Shown here: piece after piece, positions 29,176 to 39,090 of the stretch | How positions within the stretch are numbered: position 1 is the first letter of the stretch | How the letters are laid out: each line of letters begins with the position of its first letter | Source: Cyanobacteria bacterium P01_A01_bin.123 | GTDB lineage: Bacteria; Cyanobacteriota; Cyanobacteriia; Phormidesmidales; Phormidesmidaceae | Assembly: GCA_039815185.1 (NCBI GenBank) | Contig: JBCBZT010000019.1 | Location: forward strand, 1 to 64,000 | DNA length: 64,000 nt | Direction: 5' to 3' | The notes under the pieces: model-generated | What the model saw: only the letters and a program-made list of their open reading frames with translations | Databases searched by the model: none | Told to the model about the DNA's origin: nothing | Made by a program: the position numbers and the translations under genes

Positions 29176-29354
29176 AAGATGTGGTGATGACTCTCTACAT
29201 AAGTCATACTAGAGCATATCTCTTGAGGAAGCATGGATTTTGCAATTGTAGATCTGGATAGCAACCTAATTGTATTTTTCGAGAGAATAAGCGCCAAAGA
29301 CAGGAGCGATAGATAATTTTACAACTGTGGAATAAGTTAGAAACCTGGGCCCAA

Positions 29355-29912
29355 GTGAATGCCCCAAAAATGCTTGAAGATCTAAACGACCCAGCCTCTG
29401 AAGAAGAGATTGAACAGCTTGAGCTGGTGTTAGGTCTCAATTTGCCAGCATCTTTTCGGGAGACGCTTAAAATTCACAATGGGGAAAGTGATGGTTGGCC
29501 GTGTAAGATATTTGCCGATCGAGGGGCTTTTCTAGGCACTGACCGCATCCAAGAAGAGTGGCAACAGAGACAAACTATCTCGGCAGACATTGCAGAAGAG
29601 TTCGAAGTAGACCAGATCAAGCAACTAATTGAAGACGGTATAATTTTTGTTGAGGGTTCAGTAAAACCTGTCTTATTTCAAAACGCCTGGATTCCAATTA
29701 TGGATTCAAACGGTGATGTTTTCTGGGCACTTGATTATTCCCCTACTGAGGGGGGAATCTCTGGTCAGGTGATTGAAGTGGATTGGGAAGGGACACTGTG
29801 GCGTGCGGTGGCACCGTCATTTGAAGCGTTCATGCAAAGCTATATGCAATCTCTAGAACGAGGCGAATATCAAATAGTTGATGGATTGCCCACAAAAGAA
29901 ACAAGTTTCTAA
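29355..29912 (+). CDS. SMI1/KNR4 (SUKH) family protein; true N-terminus probably ~14 codons upstream
   Basis: LNDPASEEEI..LE..LGLNLPASFRETLKIHNG, WIPIMDSNGD, LDYSP..GG..GQVI. Confidence 0.88.
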   Translation: MNAPKMLEDLNDPASEEEIEQLELVLGLNLPASFRETLKIHNGESDGWPCKIFADRGAFLGTDRIQEEWQQRQTISADIAEEFEVDQIKQLIEDGIIFVEGSVKPVLFQNAWIPIMDSNGDVFWALDYSPTEGGISGQVIEVDWEGTLWRAVAPSFEAFMQSYMQSLERGEYQIVDGLPTKETSF

Positions 29913-29969
29913 AGAGCGGATCGAAAAACTTCAACAAATTTCTATCAGCGCGAAATTCTGACACTCAGA

Positions 29970-30530
29970 ATGGACACTATCGACAGGCTGAAAGTCAAGG
30001 TAAAACGTGCGAGGTTTCAGCTCAATCCACCTATCGTCCCTGCCGAACTTGAGCGCTTCGAAAAAGTTAGCGGCATTACTCTGCCCGCAGACTATCGCGC
30101 CTTTCTGCTTCAGGTGGGCAATGGTGGTAGCAAACCCGACTGGCCACTGTCACTGTTCTACAGGGACGTTTCGTGGCTATTGCCCCTAGACTGCTGGGAT
30201 GAGTCGTGTTGGATGATCGATAACCCCGACTTATCGGTTCGCCTTGCCCAACCGTGTCCGGTGACACCAGCAGTGGTAACCACTGAAGCCTGGGAAATAC
30301 TATGGGACAACGACGAGTGGGATCCACTATGGGGCACGATCGCGATCGAGGATTGTGGCGCTGGGGGATTTCTCTCGCTAATTGTGAATGGGGAATATAG
30401 AGACAGGATATTCTACTGGGGAGACTGCCCCCATTTACCGCCCAAGTTCATACCTGAAACCAACTTCTTTGAATGGATTGAGAAGCGGCTTGACGGGTGG
30501 ATTGAGCGGTACAGCCGTTCGATTTTCTAG
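29970..30530 (+). CDS. SMI1/KNR4 (SUKH) family protein
   Basis: ELERFEK..GITLPADYRAFLLQVGNGG, GTIAIEDCGAG..LIVNGEYR. Confidence 0.88.
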   Translation: MDTIDRLKVKVKRARFQLNPPIVPAELERFEKVSGITLPADYRAFLLQVGNGGSKPDWPLSLFYRDVSWLLPLDCWDESCWMIDNPDLSVRLAQPCPVTPAVVTTEAWEILWDNDEWDPLWGTIAIEDCGAGGFLSLIVNGEYRDRIFYWGDCPHLPPKFIPETNFFEWIEKRLDGWIERYSRSIF

Positions 30531-30545
30531 ATAGCAGAGGAGGTG

Positions 30546-32297
30546 CTATGGGCGATCGCGATCGCTGAGCTGTAAACCCGACTGCCAAATCTTGATCGTT
30601 TGATCTTTGCTGCCGCTAACCAACGTTTGGGCTGAGGCATCAATACTCAAAGCCAGCACCCAGTCTGAGTGGGCCGTCAGCGTTTGCTTTAAGTCTCCCG
30701 TGCGGGCATTCCAAAGTTTGATGGTGTTGTCAAGACTGCCGCTAGAGATGGTTTCGCCATCAAAGGCAACGGCAACCACCCGGTCTGTGTGTCCCTCCAG
30801 TGTTCGGATCAAGTCACCGGTAAACAAATCCCAAACTTTTAGCGTGCCGTCCCAACTGGCGCTGACCAGTTGTTCACCGTTAGGATGGATCGCGATCGCC
30901 CGTACTGCATCCGTATGACCTTGCAACGTCCGCAGGCGTTCTCCCGTTTGCAGATCCCAAATTTTGATGTGATTATCCGCACCGGCACTAACAATATGTT
31001 GCCCATCTGGACTAATAGCAACCGCCCAACCCGGCCCGCTATGGCCTGGCAGCCCATAGCGGAGTTCCCCGGTTTGCACATCCCAAACATTAATCTGGCC
31101 GTCATAGCTGCTGCTCACTAGGGTTTGTTCATCCTGACTGATCGCAACTGACCAGATGGTATCAGCATGTCCTTCAAAAGTTTTGAGCAATTGCCCAGTT
31201 CCCATTTGCCAAATTTTTAGGCTGTTGTCGCCGCTGCCGCTGACTAAGATTTCACCAGAGATGCTGATGGCTAAAGCCCGAACCACATCGGTATGCCCCG
31301 ACAAGACTCGAACTACCTCGTCCCGCGCAATATCCCAAACGCGAATCGTATGGTCATAGCTGCCGCTGACCAGCAACCGACTATCTGGGCTAAGCACAAC
31401 CGTCCATACAGGCTCAGAATGTTTTGCCAAAGTCCGGACTAAGGAAAATCCTGGGCTTTGGTCGAGGGATACATCTAACCCCGAATCAAATGGGATAGAC
31501 GCATGCTGTGCATAAACCTGGGGAACGATTGATTGAAACGTATGGTAGATTCCCAACGAGACCAGCGCCACGACCCCCCATCGCAAATACTGGGGGAGTT
31601 TAATTCGTTGACGACGTACCGCTGGCGATCGCTGTGCTGAATCAGACGCAAGGTTTAGCTGGTGTGGGTCAAAGGTGGATACCAGGCCTAAATTTGCGGT
31701 TGTCCCCAATTCACCTTGGGGGCTCAATGCTTCTTGAGGCGTGGACTGAAGCTGTTCAGCAAAGTGAGTCTGAATAAACTTGGTAAATGTTACCGATGTA
31801 AACACTCCCGTTGCTGGATGACGATCTTCGCCGTCGTGGCCTAGATATAGATATTGACAGACGGCATTGCCAAGCTGAGTTCCAGCGTTGATCTGCCAAT
31901 CTTTTACACAGATTCCGGTGAGCTGTGCAGAGTCAAAATTCGTACCATCCGCGCGGACACCAACGAGAATAGCCCGGGTCAAATTTGCTTCATCCAGCTT
32001 GGCCCCTTGCAAATCCGCATCGGTTAGGTTGGCTGTGTCTAAATTGACTTGACTCAGGTAGGTTTGGGTCAGCTTCGCAGCTCGGAGATTGGCATGACGC
32101 AAATCAGCCCCAATGAGACATGCCCCACTCAAGTCAGCCCCAACCAAATCCACTCCATCCAAACGGGCTTCAAACAAGTAGGCTCCGCTCAAATCGGCCC
32201 CGCTCAAGTCTAAAGCGATATCGGGGTGCGCCACTCGCCATTGGTTCCAGTCTTCTATGCCTTTGTCAAGGCGCATGAGATGTTCAGGATTTGCCAT
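30546..32297 (-). CDS. Pentapeptide-repeat + TM + WD40-repeat protein
   Basis: MANPEHL..WNQWR, A(D/N)LxxA repeats, central TM, seven WD40 repeats (GHTD..SGS.D.TIKIW). Confidence 0.92.
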   Translation of the reverse strand: MANPEHLMRLDKGIEDWNQWRVAHPDIALDLSGADLSGAYLFEARLDGVDLVGADLSGACLIGADLRHANLRAAKLTQTYLSQVNLDTANLTDADLQGAKLDEANLTRAILVGVRADGTNFDSAQLTGICVKDWQINAGTQLGNAVCQYLYLGHDGEDRHPATGVFTSVTFTKFIQTHFAEQLQSTPQEALSPQGELGTTANLGLVSTFDPHQLNLASDSAQRSPAVRRQRIKLPQYLRWGVVALVSLGIYHTFQSIVPQVYAQHASIPFDSGLDVSLDQSPGFSLVRTLAKHSEPVWTVVLSPDSRLLVSGSYDHTIRVWDIARDEVVRVLSGHTDVVRALAISISGEILVSGSGDNSLKIWQMGTGQLLKTFEGHADTIWSVAISQDEQTLVSSSYDGQINVWDVQTGELRYGLPGHSGPGWAVAISPDGQHIVSAGADNHIKIWDLQTGERLRTLQGHTDAVRAIAIHPNGEQLVSASWDGTLKVWDLFTGDLIRTLEGHTDRVVAVAFDGETISSGSLDNTIKLWNARTGDLKQTLTAHSDWVLALSIDASAQTLVSGSKDQTIKIWQSGLQLSDRDRP

Positions 32298-32560
32298 AGG
32301 AAGCCTTCTCAGATGCACGAAACATCAATTCGCCAGGACAACACTACATATAGTACGAAGGAATATAAGGATTGGATTCCACTTATCAGCCAAGTTTAAA
32401 CTTGAACTACATCCTAAATCGTTAATTTTCCGGTAAGCGCGAAAGTCATCTATAACATTCCTGGCCTAAAACAGTACATATGGTCTAATATATGCCCAGC
32501 CGGAATGTGGTGGTTCCTATGTCAGATTATGCCTTTACGCTTTAGGATTGATTTGGAATT

Positions 32561-33799
32561 ATGGCGATTAAATCTTCCAAACCTGATCCATCAGAACTAA
32601 ATCCCCCTGCGTTATCAGAGAGATCAGAGGCGACCGCTAAGCCGCCGTTAGGATTATCTGCTCCAGCATCCCTGACCCCTAAACCCGCTAAACCTCAACA
32701 AAAGGGGTTGAGAAAAGACAAGGCGGCTGAAGCAGATGAGATTTTGTCGGGCGATCGCACCCCCACTGAAACCCCACGCCAAGAAGAAGGCTTAAGACCG
32801 CAACGCCTCGCCGACTACATCGGCCAAAAATCCCTCAAAGAAGTGCTAGAGATTGCGATTAAGGCTGCCCAGTCTCGGCAAGAAGCCCTGGATCATTTGC
32901 TGCTTTACGGCCCCCCAGGCCTAGGCAAAACCACCATGGCGCTGATTTTGGCCCAGGAGATGGGGGTGGGCTGCAAAATCACGACAGCGCCTGCTTTAGA
33001 ACGCCCCAGAGATATTGCTGGCCTGCTGGTAAATCTCAAACAGGGAGACGTACTGTTTATTGATGAAATCCATCGTTTGCCCAAGGTTACAGAAGAGATT
33101 TTGTACCCGGCCATGGAAGATTCCCGCCTCGACATCACCATTGGCAAAGGTCAAAGCGCCCGCACCCGCAGCATCCCGCTCCAGCCGTTTACATTAGTGG
33201 GCGCAACTACTCGCGTGGGGGCGTTGACCTCACCCCTACGCGATCGCTTTGGGTTGATTCAACGCTTGCGGTTTTATGAGCTCGATGAGCTGACTCAAAT
33301 CGTGACGCGCACGGCCCAGGTCCTCAAGACCCCTATTGAACCTGCTGGGGCAACCGAAATTGCCCGCCGGGCCCGCGGTACCCCCAGGATTGCCAATCGC
33401 CTGCTAAAGCGAGTGCGCGACTATGTAGAGGTGAAAGCATCGGGGCCGATTACCGAAGCGATCGCGGCTGAAGCTTTAGAACTCTTCAATGTCGATCCCT
33501 GCGGTCTTGACTGGACCGATCGGCGGTTGTTAACGGTAATGATTGAAAATTTCAATGGCGGGCCCGTAGGCTTGGATACCATGGCTGCCGCCACTGGCGA
33601 AGATGCCCAGACCATTGAAGAGGTATACGAACCTTATTTGATGCAAATTGGTTATCTTCAGCGCACGCCCCGAGGTCGTGTGGCTGCGCCTTCAGCTTGG
33701 CAGCATTTGGGCTACGACTTACCCAATGGCTTTGGGCCTAATGGCTTTGGGCCCAACGGCTTTAGTAGTGGCAATCCTGGTCAGCTTTCATTGATGTGA
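32561..33799 (+). CDS. ruvB: Holliday junction branch migration helicase RuvB
   Basis: [51 protein letters not shown]. Confidence 0.98.
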   Translation: MAIKSSKPDPSELNPPALSERSEATAKPPLGLSAPASLTPKPAKPQQKGLRKDKAAEADEILSGDRTPTETPRQEEGLRPQRLADYIGQKSLKEVLEIAIKAAQSRQEALDHLLLYGPPGLGKTTMALILAQEMGVGCKITTAPALERPRDIAGLLVNLKQGDVLFIDEIHRLPKVTEEILYPAMEDSRLDITIGKGQSARTRSIPLQPFTLVGATTRVGALTSPLRDRFGLIQRLRFYELDELTQIVTRTAQVLKTPIEPAGATEIARRARGTPRIANRLLKRVRDYVEVKASGPITEAIAAEALELFNVDPCGLDWTDRRLLTVMIENFNGGPVGLDTMAAATGEDAQTIEEVYEPYLMQIGYLQRTPRGRVAAPSAWQHLGYDLPNGFGPNGFGPNGFSSGNPGQLSLM

Positions 33800-33887
33800 C
33801 GCTCCGGCACAAGCCCAATAGACCCGGCATAATAAATACAACACCCTCGTGAGGAGCACAGCGCGCACCCCTGCGACGCTATTTGTT

Positions 33888-34724
33888 ATGCGACGCTATT
33901 TACTCAGTATCGTCATTAGCGTATTGATTGCCTTTGGCTTCAGCGCCGTAAGTTTGGCTGAACCCGTCACTCAAACAGCACTAGAAAGTCCAGCGATCGC
34001 TAGTGACTTGTCCCCCCAAGACATAGAAGCTATTGCGAAATTGCGACAGCAAGCCTTCACGGCCACCAGCACTGGAGAGTTTGCCCAGGCCGAGATCTAC
34101 TGGAGCAAGTTGTTGGATTTATTACCCGAGAACCCTGCCCTATGGAGCAATCGGGGCAATGTACGGTTGAGCCAAAATAAACTAGACGCGGCGATCGCAG
34201 ATTACGATCAAGCCATCGCGATCGCCCCTGACGCCCCTGACCCTTACCTCAATAGGGGTGCAGCCTATGAAGGCTTGGGACGCTGGCAAGCGGCGATCGC
34301 AGATTACAATACTGTACTTTCCCTTGAACCCAATGATGTTGCCGCTTACAACAATCGGGGCAATGCCCAAGGCGGACTGGGAAACTGGGACGCGGCCCTG
34401 GCAGACTATCAAACAGCCGCTGACTTAGCCCCAAGCTTTGCACTGGCCCGCGTCAATGTCGGTCTAGCTCAATATCAAACGGGGCAAACCGACGACGCCA
34501 TTCGCACCTTCAGGAACCTAGTCCGTAAATATCGCGACTTTGCCGATGCCCGGGCTGCCCTGACTGCCGTGTTGTGGGTCGACGGTCAGCGGGGGGAGGC
34601 AGAAAGTCATTGGGTCGCAGCAACTGGGTTAGATGGTCGATATCGAGATCTCAACTGGGTTAGAACGATCCGCCGCTGGCCGCCTGCCATGGTCGAGGCA
34701 TTAGATCAGTTCCTTCATCTCTGA
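33888..34724 (+). CDS. Exported TPR protein
   Basis: Signal peptide, repeated NRG..A.ADY..AI TPRs, conserved RRWPP tail. Confidence 0.9.
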   Translation: MRRYLLSIVISVLIAFGFSAVSLAEPVTQTALESPAIASDLSPQDIEAIAKLRQQAFTATSTGEFAQAEIYWSKLLDLLPENPALWSNRGNVRLSQNKLDAAIADYDQAIAIAPDAPDPYLNRGAAYEGLGRWQAAIADYNTVLSLEPNDVAAYNNRGNAQGGLGNWDAALADYQTAADLAPSFALARVNVGLAQYQTGQTDDAIRTFRNLVRKYRDFADARAALTAVLWVDGQRGEAESHWVAATGLDGRYRDLNWVRTIRRWPPAMVEALDQFLHL

Positions 34725-34806
34725 TCCCAGCCTGCTTCCCCTGGTCTACTCTAGAGGAAGCACTAGCCTCTACACAGAGGCCGCTGAAAGCCCCCTAACC
34801 CTAGAG

Positions 34807-36039
34807 ATGGTCGATTTAGTCTTAATTATGGGCTTGGGCTTCCTTGGAAGCTTTGGCCATTGTGTGGGCATGTGTAGCCCCATTACTGTGGCCCTCGCGC
34901 TGGCCAACCATCCGGAGACAGCGCCTCGATCGCAGTGGCAGCAATTCTGGTTTCACAGCTTGCTCAATCTTGGCCGCTTAGCCAGCTATGTCTTGGTCGG
35001 AGCAGCCATTGGTGCATTGGGCTCAGTGTTGGTCGCCGGAGGACAAGCGGCGGGGATCGGGAGTGGTCTGCGGCGGGGAGTCGCCTTTGTGAGTGGTGGG
35101 TTGCTGATCTGGATCGGCCTTTTGCAAATTAATCCAGGCATATTGCCGCGCTTACCACTCATCCATCCCCTCGCCCAAGAGAAAAGTCATACACGCCTAA
35201 GCAGCGCTATGGCCAAATTGTCCCTGAGCGATCGCTGGTGGACGCCTGCCCTATTGGGGCTGGTATGGGGTTTGATTCCCTGTGGATTTCTTTACACGGC
35301 TCAGATCAAAGCCGCCGAAACCAGTAACCTTTTGGGTGGGGCAGCGACGATGCTAGCCTTTGGGTTAGGGACTGTCCCCATGATGCTGGGGGTAGGCGTG
35401 TCAGCAGCCTGGCTGGGGCGCGAGCGCCGCAGTCAACTGTTTCAACTGGGGGGCTGGATTACCCTATTAATCGGCATCTTGATTTTGACTCGCACTGGCC
35501 AAACGATGGTGGACTACACCGGACATCTGGCGCTACTTTGCCTGGTGCTTACCCTAGTGGCCCGCCCCATTAGCCGTTTGTGGAACTTTCCCCTACGCTG
35601 TCGGCGAGCCTTGGGGGTAGGCTCATTTGTGCTGGCTGTGGCCCACACCGGGCACATGCTAGAACATAGCTGGGGCTGGAACTTAGCCGCCTTTAATTTT
35701 ATGGTGCCCCAACACCGCTGGGGCATTGTGGCTGGGGCTGTGAGTCTGGCGTTGATGGTGCCCTTAGCACTAACTAGCTTTGACTGGGCCCAGAAGCAAC
35801 TCGGCCCCCTTTGGCGCAATCTCCATTTGTTGAGCATTCCGGCCCTGCTGCTGTGCGCCCTACACTGCACCTTAGTGGGTTCTAACTATCTAGGGCGATT
35901 TCAATTTGAGGGGTTGCCCCTCGTCTATACCGCTACGCTTGGCCTAATGATTATCGCAGTATTACTGCTGCGATCGCGATGGTTTTGGAGGCTACTATCC
36001 CTTGAACGCTATTATGCTCCACCCATTAAAAGTCCCTAA
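34807..36039 (+). CDS. UreH/DsbD_2-like membrane protein fused to ferric-reductase-like TM domain
   Basis: GSFGHCVGMC, GLIPCG, FGLGT; C-half RRALG..H..LALTS..WRNLHLL. Confidence 0.85.
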   Translation: MVDLVLIMGLGFLGSFGHCVGMCSPITVALALANHPETAPRSQWQQFWFHSLLNLGRLASYVLVGAAIGALGSVLVAGGQAAGIGSGLRRGVAFVSGGLLIWIGLLQINPGILPRLPLIHPLAQEKSHTRLSSAMAKLSLSDRWWTPALLGLVWGLIPCGFLYTAQIKAAETSNLLGGAATMLAFGLGTVPMMLGVGVSAAWLGRERRSQLFQLGGWITLLIGILILTRTGQTMVDYTGHLALLCLVLTLVARPISRLWNFPLRCRRALGVGSFVLAVAHTGHMLEHSWGWNLAAFNFMVPQHRWGIVAGAVSLALMVPLALTSFDWAQKQLGPLWRNLHLLSIPALLLCALHCTLVGSNYLGRFQFEGLPLVYTATLGLMIIAVLLLRSRWFWRLLSLERYYAPPIKSP

Positions 36040-36058
36040 TCGATCATCTGCTCAGGGT

Positions 36059-36772
36059 ATGCCCATCCAGCAACTCACCAGCGCTTTAGTCCCCATCACA
36101 TCTGTCACAATAGGACTGCTGGGCTGGGCTGGGGTATCTCCTGCGATCGCCCACCAGGTCAAAACGACCGATTCCGTGGGTGCCACCCTACACATCGAAC
36201 CCAACGATACGCCTCAAGCCGGTGTCCCCACTGAAGTCTGGTTTGCGCTAACTCGCCAAGGCGGTGAAAGCATCCCCCTAGCTGACTGTGACTGTCAGTT
36301 GATGATCTATACCCAGCCCTTAACATCAGAAGCAACTCCCCTACTCAATCCACCCCTATCAGCGACCTCAGCCGAAGGCTACACCGCCATTCCCAGTGCT
36401 GAGGTGACGTTTCCTAACGTTGGCACTTACACGCTAGCTTTAACAGGTGCCCCTAAGGCCAACCAAAGCTTCTCTCCATTTGAATTGGCCTTTGACGTTA
36501 CCGTGGCAACTGGCCCTTCTGCGCCACGCGTTGAGCCCGCCCAGCAACCCCAGGCGATTGAAACCGATCAGACAACGACTGAGCCTAAGACAACGGACTC
36601 AGCCCCCCAAACCGCCACATTACCTGAAACGGAAACGCCCGCAGCAGCCTGGCCGCTGCAATTTTCCCAGACTCAGTGGCAAAAACCTACCATTCTGGTG
36701 TTGTTAATCCTGTTGGTGCTGGGTGTAGGCGGTGTATGGCAATTGCGGCAAAAGCGATCGCCCAAAGAATAA
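36059..36772 (+). CDS. Hypothetical exported, C-terminally membrane-anchored protein (possible metal binding)
   Basis: Signal ending AIA-HQV, LHIEPND, CDC motif, FPNVGTY, P/T linker, C-terminal TM. Confidence 0.75.
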   Translation: MPIQQLTSALVPITSVTIGLLGWAGVSPAIAHQVKTTDSVGATLHIEPNDTPQAGVPTEVWFALTRQGGESIPLADCDCQLMIYTQPLTSEATPLLNPPLSATSAEGYTAIPSAEVTFPNVGTYTLALTGAPKANQSFSPFELAFDVTVATGPSAPRVEPAQQPQAIETDQTTTEPKTTDSAPQTATLPETETPAAAWPLQFSQTQWQKPTILVLLILLVLGVGGVWQLRQKRSPKE

Positions 36773-36919
36773 ACTCTGGTTAACAGGGCACTAACACCGC
36801 AGAAATAATCTGATCCAGGCATCGCTGATCAGAAGACCACCCGTCTATATTTTCCATTCGCTGCTAATTAATGGACAACCCCATATTTCACCAATTATGC
36901 TAATCTCCTGTAAGGATTA

Positions 36920-37004
36920 TTTTCGGGCTTGAACAGGTTGCGTTTCGTAATCTCCGGATCTAATATCTTTATCGCATGCTCTGAATTGCTGGAGATTTCC
37001 ATAA
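36920..37004 (+). promoter_or_regulatory. rbp-type conserved 5' leader
   Basis: TTCGG ... TTCGTAATCTCCG ... TCT ... TGGAGA boxes resembling leaders of cyanobacterial rbp genes. Confidence 0.45.
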
Positions 37005-37250
37005 ATGTCAATTTACGTCGGCAACCTCTCTTTCAAGGCCACCCAGGAGGATGTCACCGAAGTTTTCAAAGAATACGGTACCGTTAAGCGAGTGCAGCTT
37101 CCGACCGATCGTGAGACGGGTCGGATGAGGGGCTTTGGCTTCGTTGAGATGAGTTCTGATGAAGAAGAAGCTGCCGCAATTGAAGCCCTAGACGGTGCTG
37201 AGTGGATGGGGCGCGAGCTACGGGTTAATAAAGCCAGACCACGTCAATAG
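37005..37250 (+). CDS. rbp: RRM RNA-binding protein (no Gly-rich tail)
   Basis: MSIYVGNL (RNP2), RGFGFVEM (RNP1), LRVNKARPR. Confidence 0.96.
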   Translation: MSIYVGNLSFKATQEDVTEVFKEYGTVKRVQLPTDRETGRMRGFGFVEMSSDEEEAAAIEALDGAEWMGRELRVNKARPRQ

Positions 37251-37302
37251 CTTCTTAACTGAGGCATGCGTCTCGCTTAACTTCATCCAAATTCTTTCCC
37301 AC

Positions 37303-37344
37303 AAAGTTACTTCCAGATGTGCCCCACATCTGGAAGTAACTTTT
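37303..37344 (+). terminator. Perfect 19-bp hairpin, probable bidirectional terminator
   Basis: AAAGTTACTTCCAGATGTG-CCC-CACATCTGGAAGTAACTTT between convergent genes. Confidence 0.75.
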
Positions 37345-37507
37345 CTATTGCAATCCTCGTTTTGAGAAGCAAGTTTCAAAATGACGGAACTCAGAGGTTT
37401 GTAAGCAATCCCTGCGATTTCTAATTTTCAAAACAAGACTTATTAATTTTCTAATAAATAAGTCTTGAGTGATACAGGAAAAGTTCCCTAACGTTAGATG
37501 GCCCTTG

Positions 37508-38404
37508 TCAAACTCGTTTGCCTAGCCAGTTGAGAATCGCCTGATTGACAATGTCAGGACGCTCATCATGGGGACAATGCCCCGTTTTTGGGATCGATGC
37601 AAAGGTCATAGACAAGTGTGCCTCGGGGTCTTCGCTCAGCTGGCGATAGATTTCAGCACCTTTAATCGGTGTCCAGGGATCATTCTCACCCCATAGCACC
37701 AGCAAAGGCTGATGGATCCTGGGCAACAATTCACTCGGCCTAGGGCCAGCGGGGGCTGTCACAATAGATGCGAAGACTTTTTGGGCACCCGGATCACAAG
37801 ATGGTTGGTAAAGCATATTGACCAGGTCATCTGTAATCGCCTCACGATTGTTATAAACCTGCTTCAAAGAGCCCCGAATGCGATGCTTTTGACGCACTTG
37901 ATTAAACACAAAGGGGCCTAACCACTCAGAACTGACCAATTGAGTGAATGCCCCCATAATCAACCTCAACAGGGGATTAAGTTCTTCTGGGCGGTGATTC
38001 AGCCCGCCAGCACAATTGAGCAAAACCCCAGCTTGGGCCGCATCTTTGTGGTTAGCCAACATCATTAGCGTCAGCAACCCCCCAATAGAGTTGCCCACAA
38101 ATACTGCCGGAACCCGCACATAGGTCTGCCAAAAGTCGTGCAGCAGAGTTTGCCATAGTTCTACGGTGTATCCCAAAGCAGGTTTGTCGCTGTCGCCAAA
38201 CCCCAACAAATCGATGGCAAAGACTTGATAGCCCGCTTCAGCCAGCACCGGAATATTTTTACGCCAGTGACCAATCGAAGCACCGAAGCCATGCACTAAG
38301 ACTAACGGCGTTCCCTTTCCCTGAACGGTGTATTTGATCGCGTGGCCATGCCATTGCCAAGTCAGTTTCTGAATATTTTGGAGGGCTAGAAGTTGGGCGG
38401 TCAT
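37508..38404 (-). CDS. Alpha/beta fold hydrolase
   Basis: LVHGFGASIGHW, DLLGFG, GNSIGG, GHCPHDE. Confidence 0.93.
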   Translation of the reverse strand: MTAQLLALQNIQKLTWQWHGHAIKYTVQGKGTPLVLVHGFGASIGHWRKNIPVLAEAGYQVFAIDLLGFGDSDKPALGYTVELWQTLLHDFWQTYVRVPAVFVGNSIGGLLTLMMLANHKDAAQAGVLLNCAGGLNHRPEELNPLLRLIMGAFTQLVSSEWLGPFVFNQVRQKHRIRGSLKQVYNNREAITDDLVNMLYQPSCDPGAQKVFASIVTAPAGPRPSELLPRIHQPLLVLWGENDPWTPIKGAEIYRQLSEDPEAHLSMTFASIPKTGHCPHDERPDIVNQAILNWLGKRV

Positions 38405-38426
38405 AGAGTTACTTAACTTTTCTTTA

Positions 38427-39041
38427 TCATAGACCAGTTGTCTCCTTAACCCAAAGGGCAAGACCGCCGCCTTTGCCCCGTGCCGCAATACAGTCTTGAG
38501 ACACCAGAAAATAAGTGAAAAAAGCTTGCTGCTTTAAGGACTGCTCAAAAAAAGTACTTTCACGCTGTTGTCCATTGCCAACGTAGCCTTTGTAGAGCGT
38601 GCTGTCAGCCAGGGCAAGCTGCAGGTGCGTAAAGTCAAAGGCTAGAATATTTCGCTGTGGCCAAAAGCACACTGGCCCAGAAACGACGAGTTTGATTGGG
38701 CCAAATTTTACGACGTTGGCAACGGTTCCTCGATGGTTTGTTTCAGCCTCTGCTGCAGTTTCGCAGGGCCACCCAGCTGCATAGGTAATCTGAATCGTGA
38801 CCCACGGCGGGATAAATCGGCCTGCCCCCAGTAAGCCCCCCGCCGCTTTACGGGAGTTGTGGGTGCCTGTAATAAACCCCAATCGCCAAGTCCCTAATAG
38901 GGATGCAAACGGATAGCTTTGACGGTTAGCGCGCGCTGTTTTTTCTGAGATTAGGAGGGCTGATACAACTTCCGTAGCTGTCGGTCGCGCAACATGAACC
39001 TGGGTTAGGAAATCAACGGCAGGCTGTAAATCAGGGAGCAT
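38427..39041 (-). CDS. Hypothetical protein (PAP-fibrillin/lipocalin-like)
   Basis: LLGTWRL near the N-terminus and AARGKGGGLALW at the C-terminus. Confidence 0.65.
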   Translation of the reverse strand: MLPDLQPAVDFLTQVHVARPTATEVVSALLISEKTARANRQSYPFASLLGTWRLGFITGTHNSRKAAGGLLGAGRFIPPWVTIQITYAAGWPCETAAEAETNHRGTVANVVKFGPIKLVVSGPVCFWPQRNILAFDFTHLQLALADSTLYKGYVGNGQQRESTFFEQSLKQQAFFTYFLVSQDCIAARGKGGGLALWVKETTGL

Positions 39042-39090
39042 AACTGTCAGAGGATGGGGTTTCCAGATGTCACCTTCAAGCTCAGCATAC

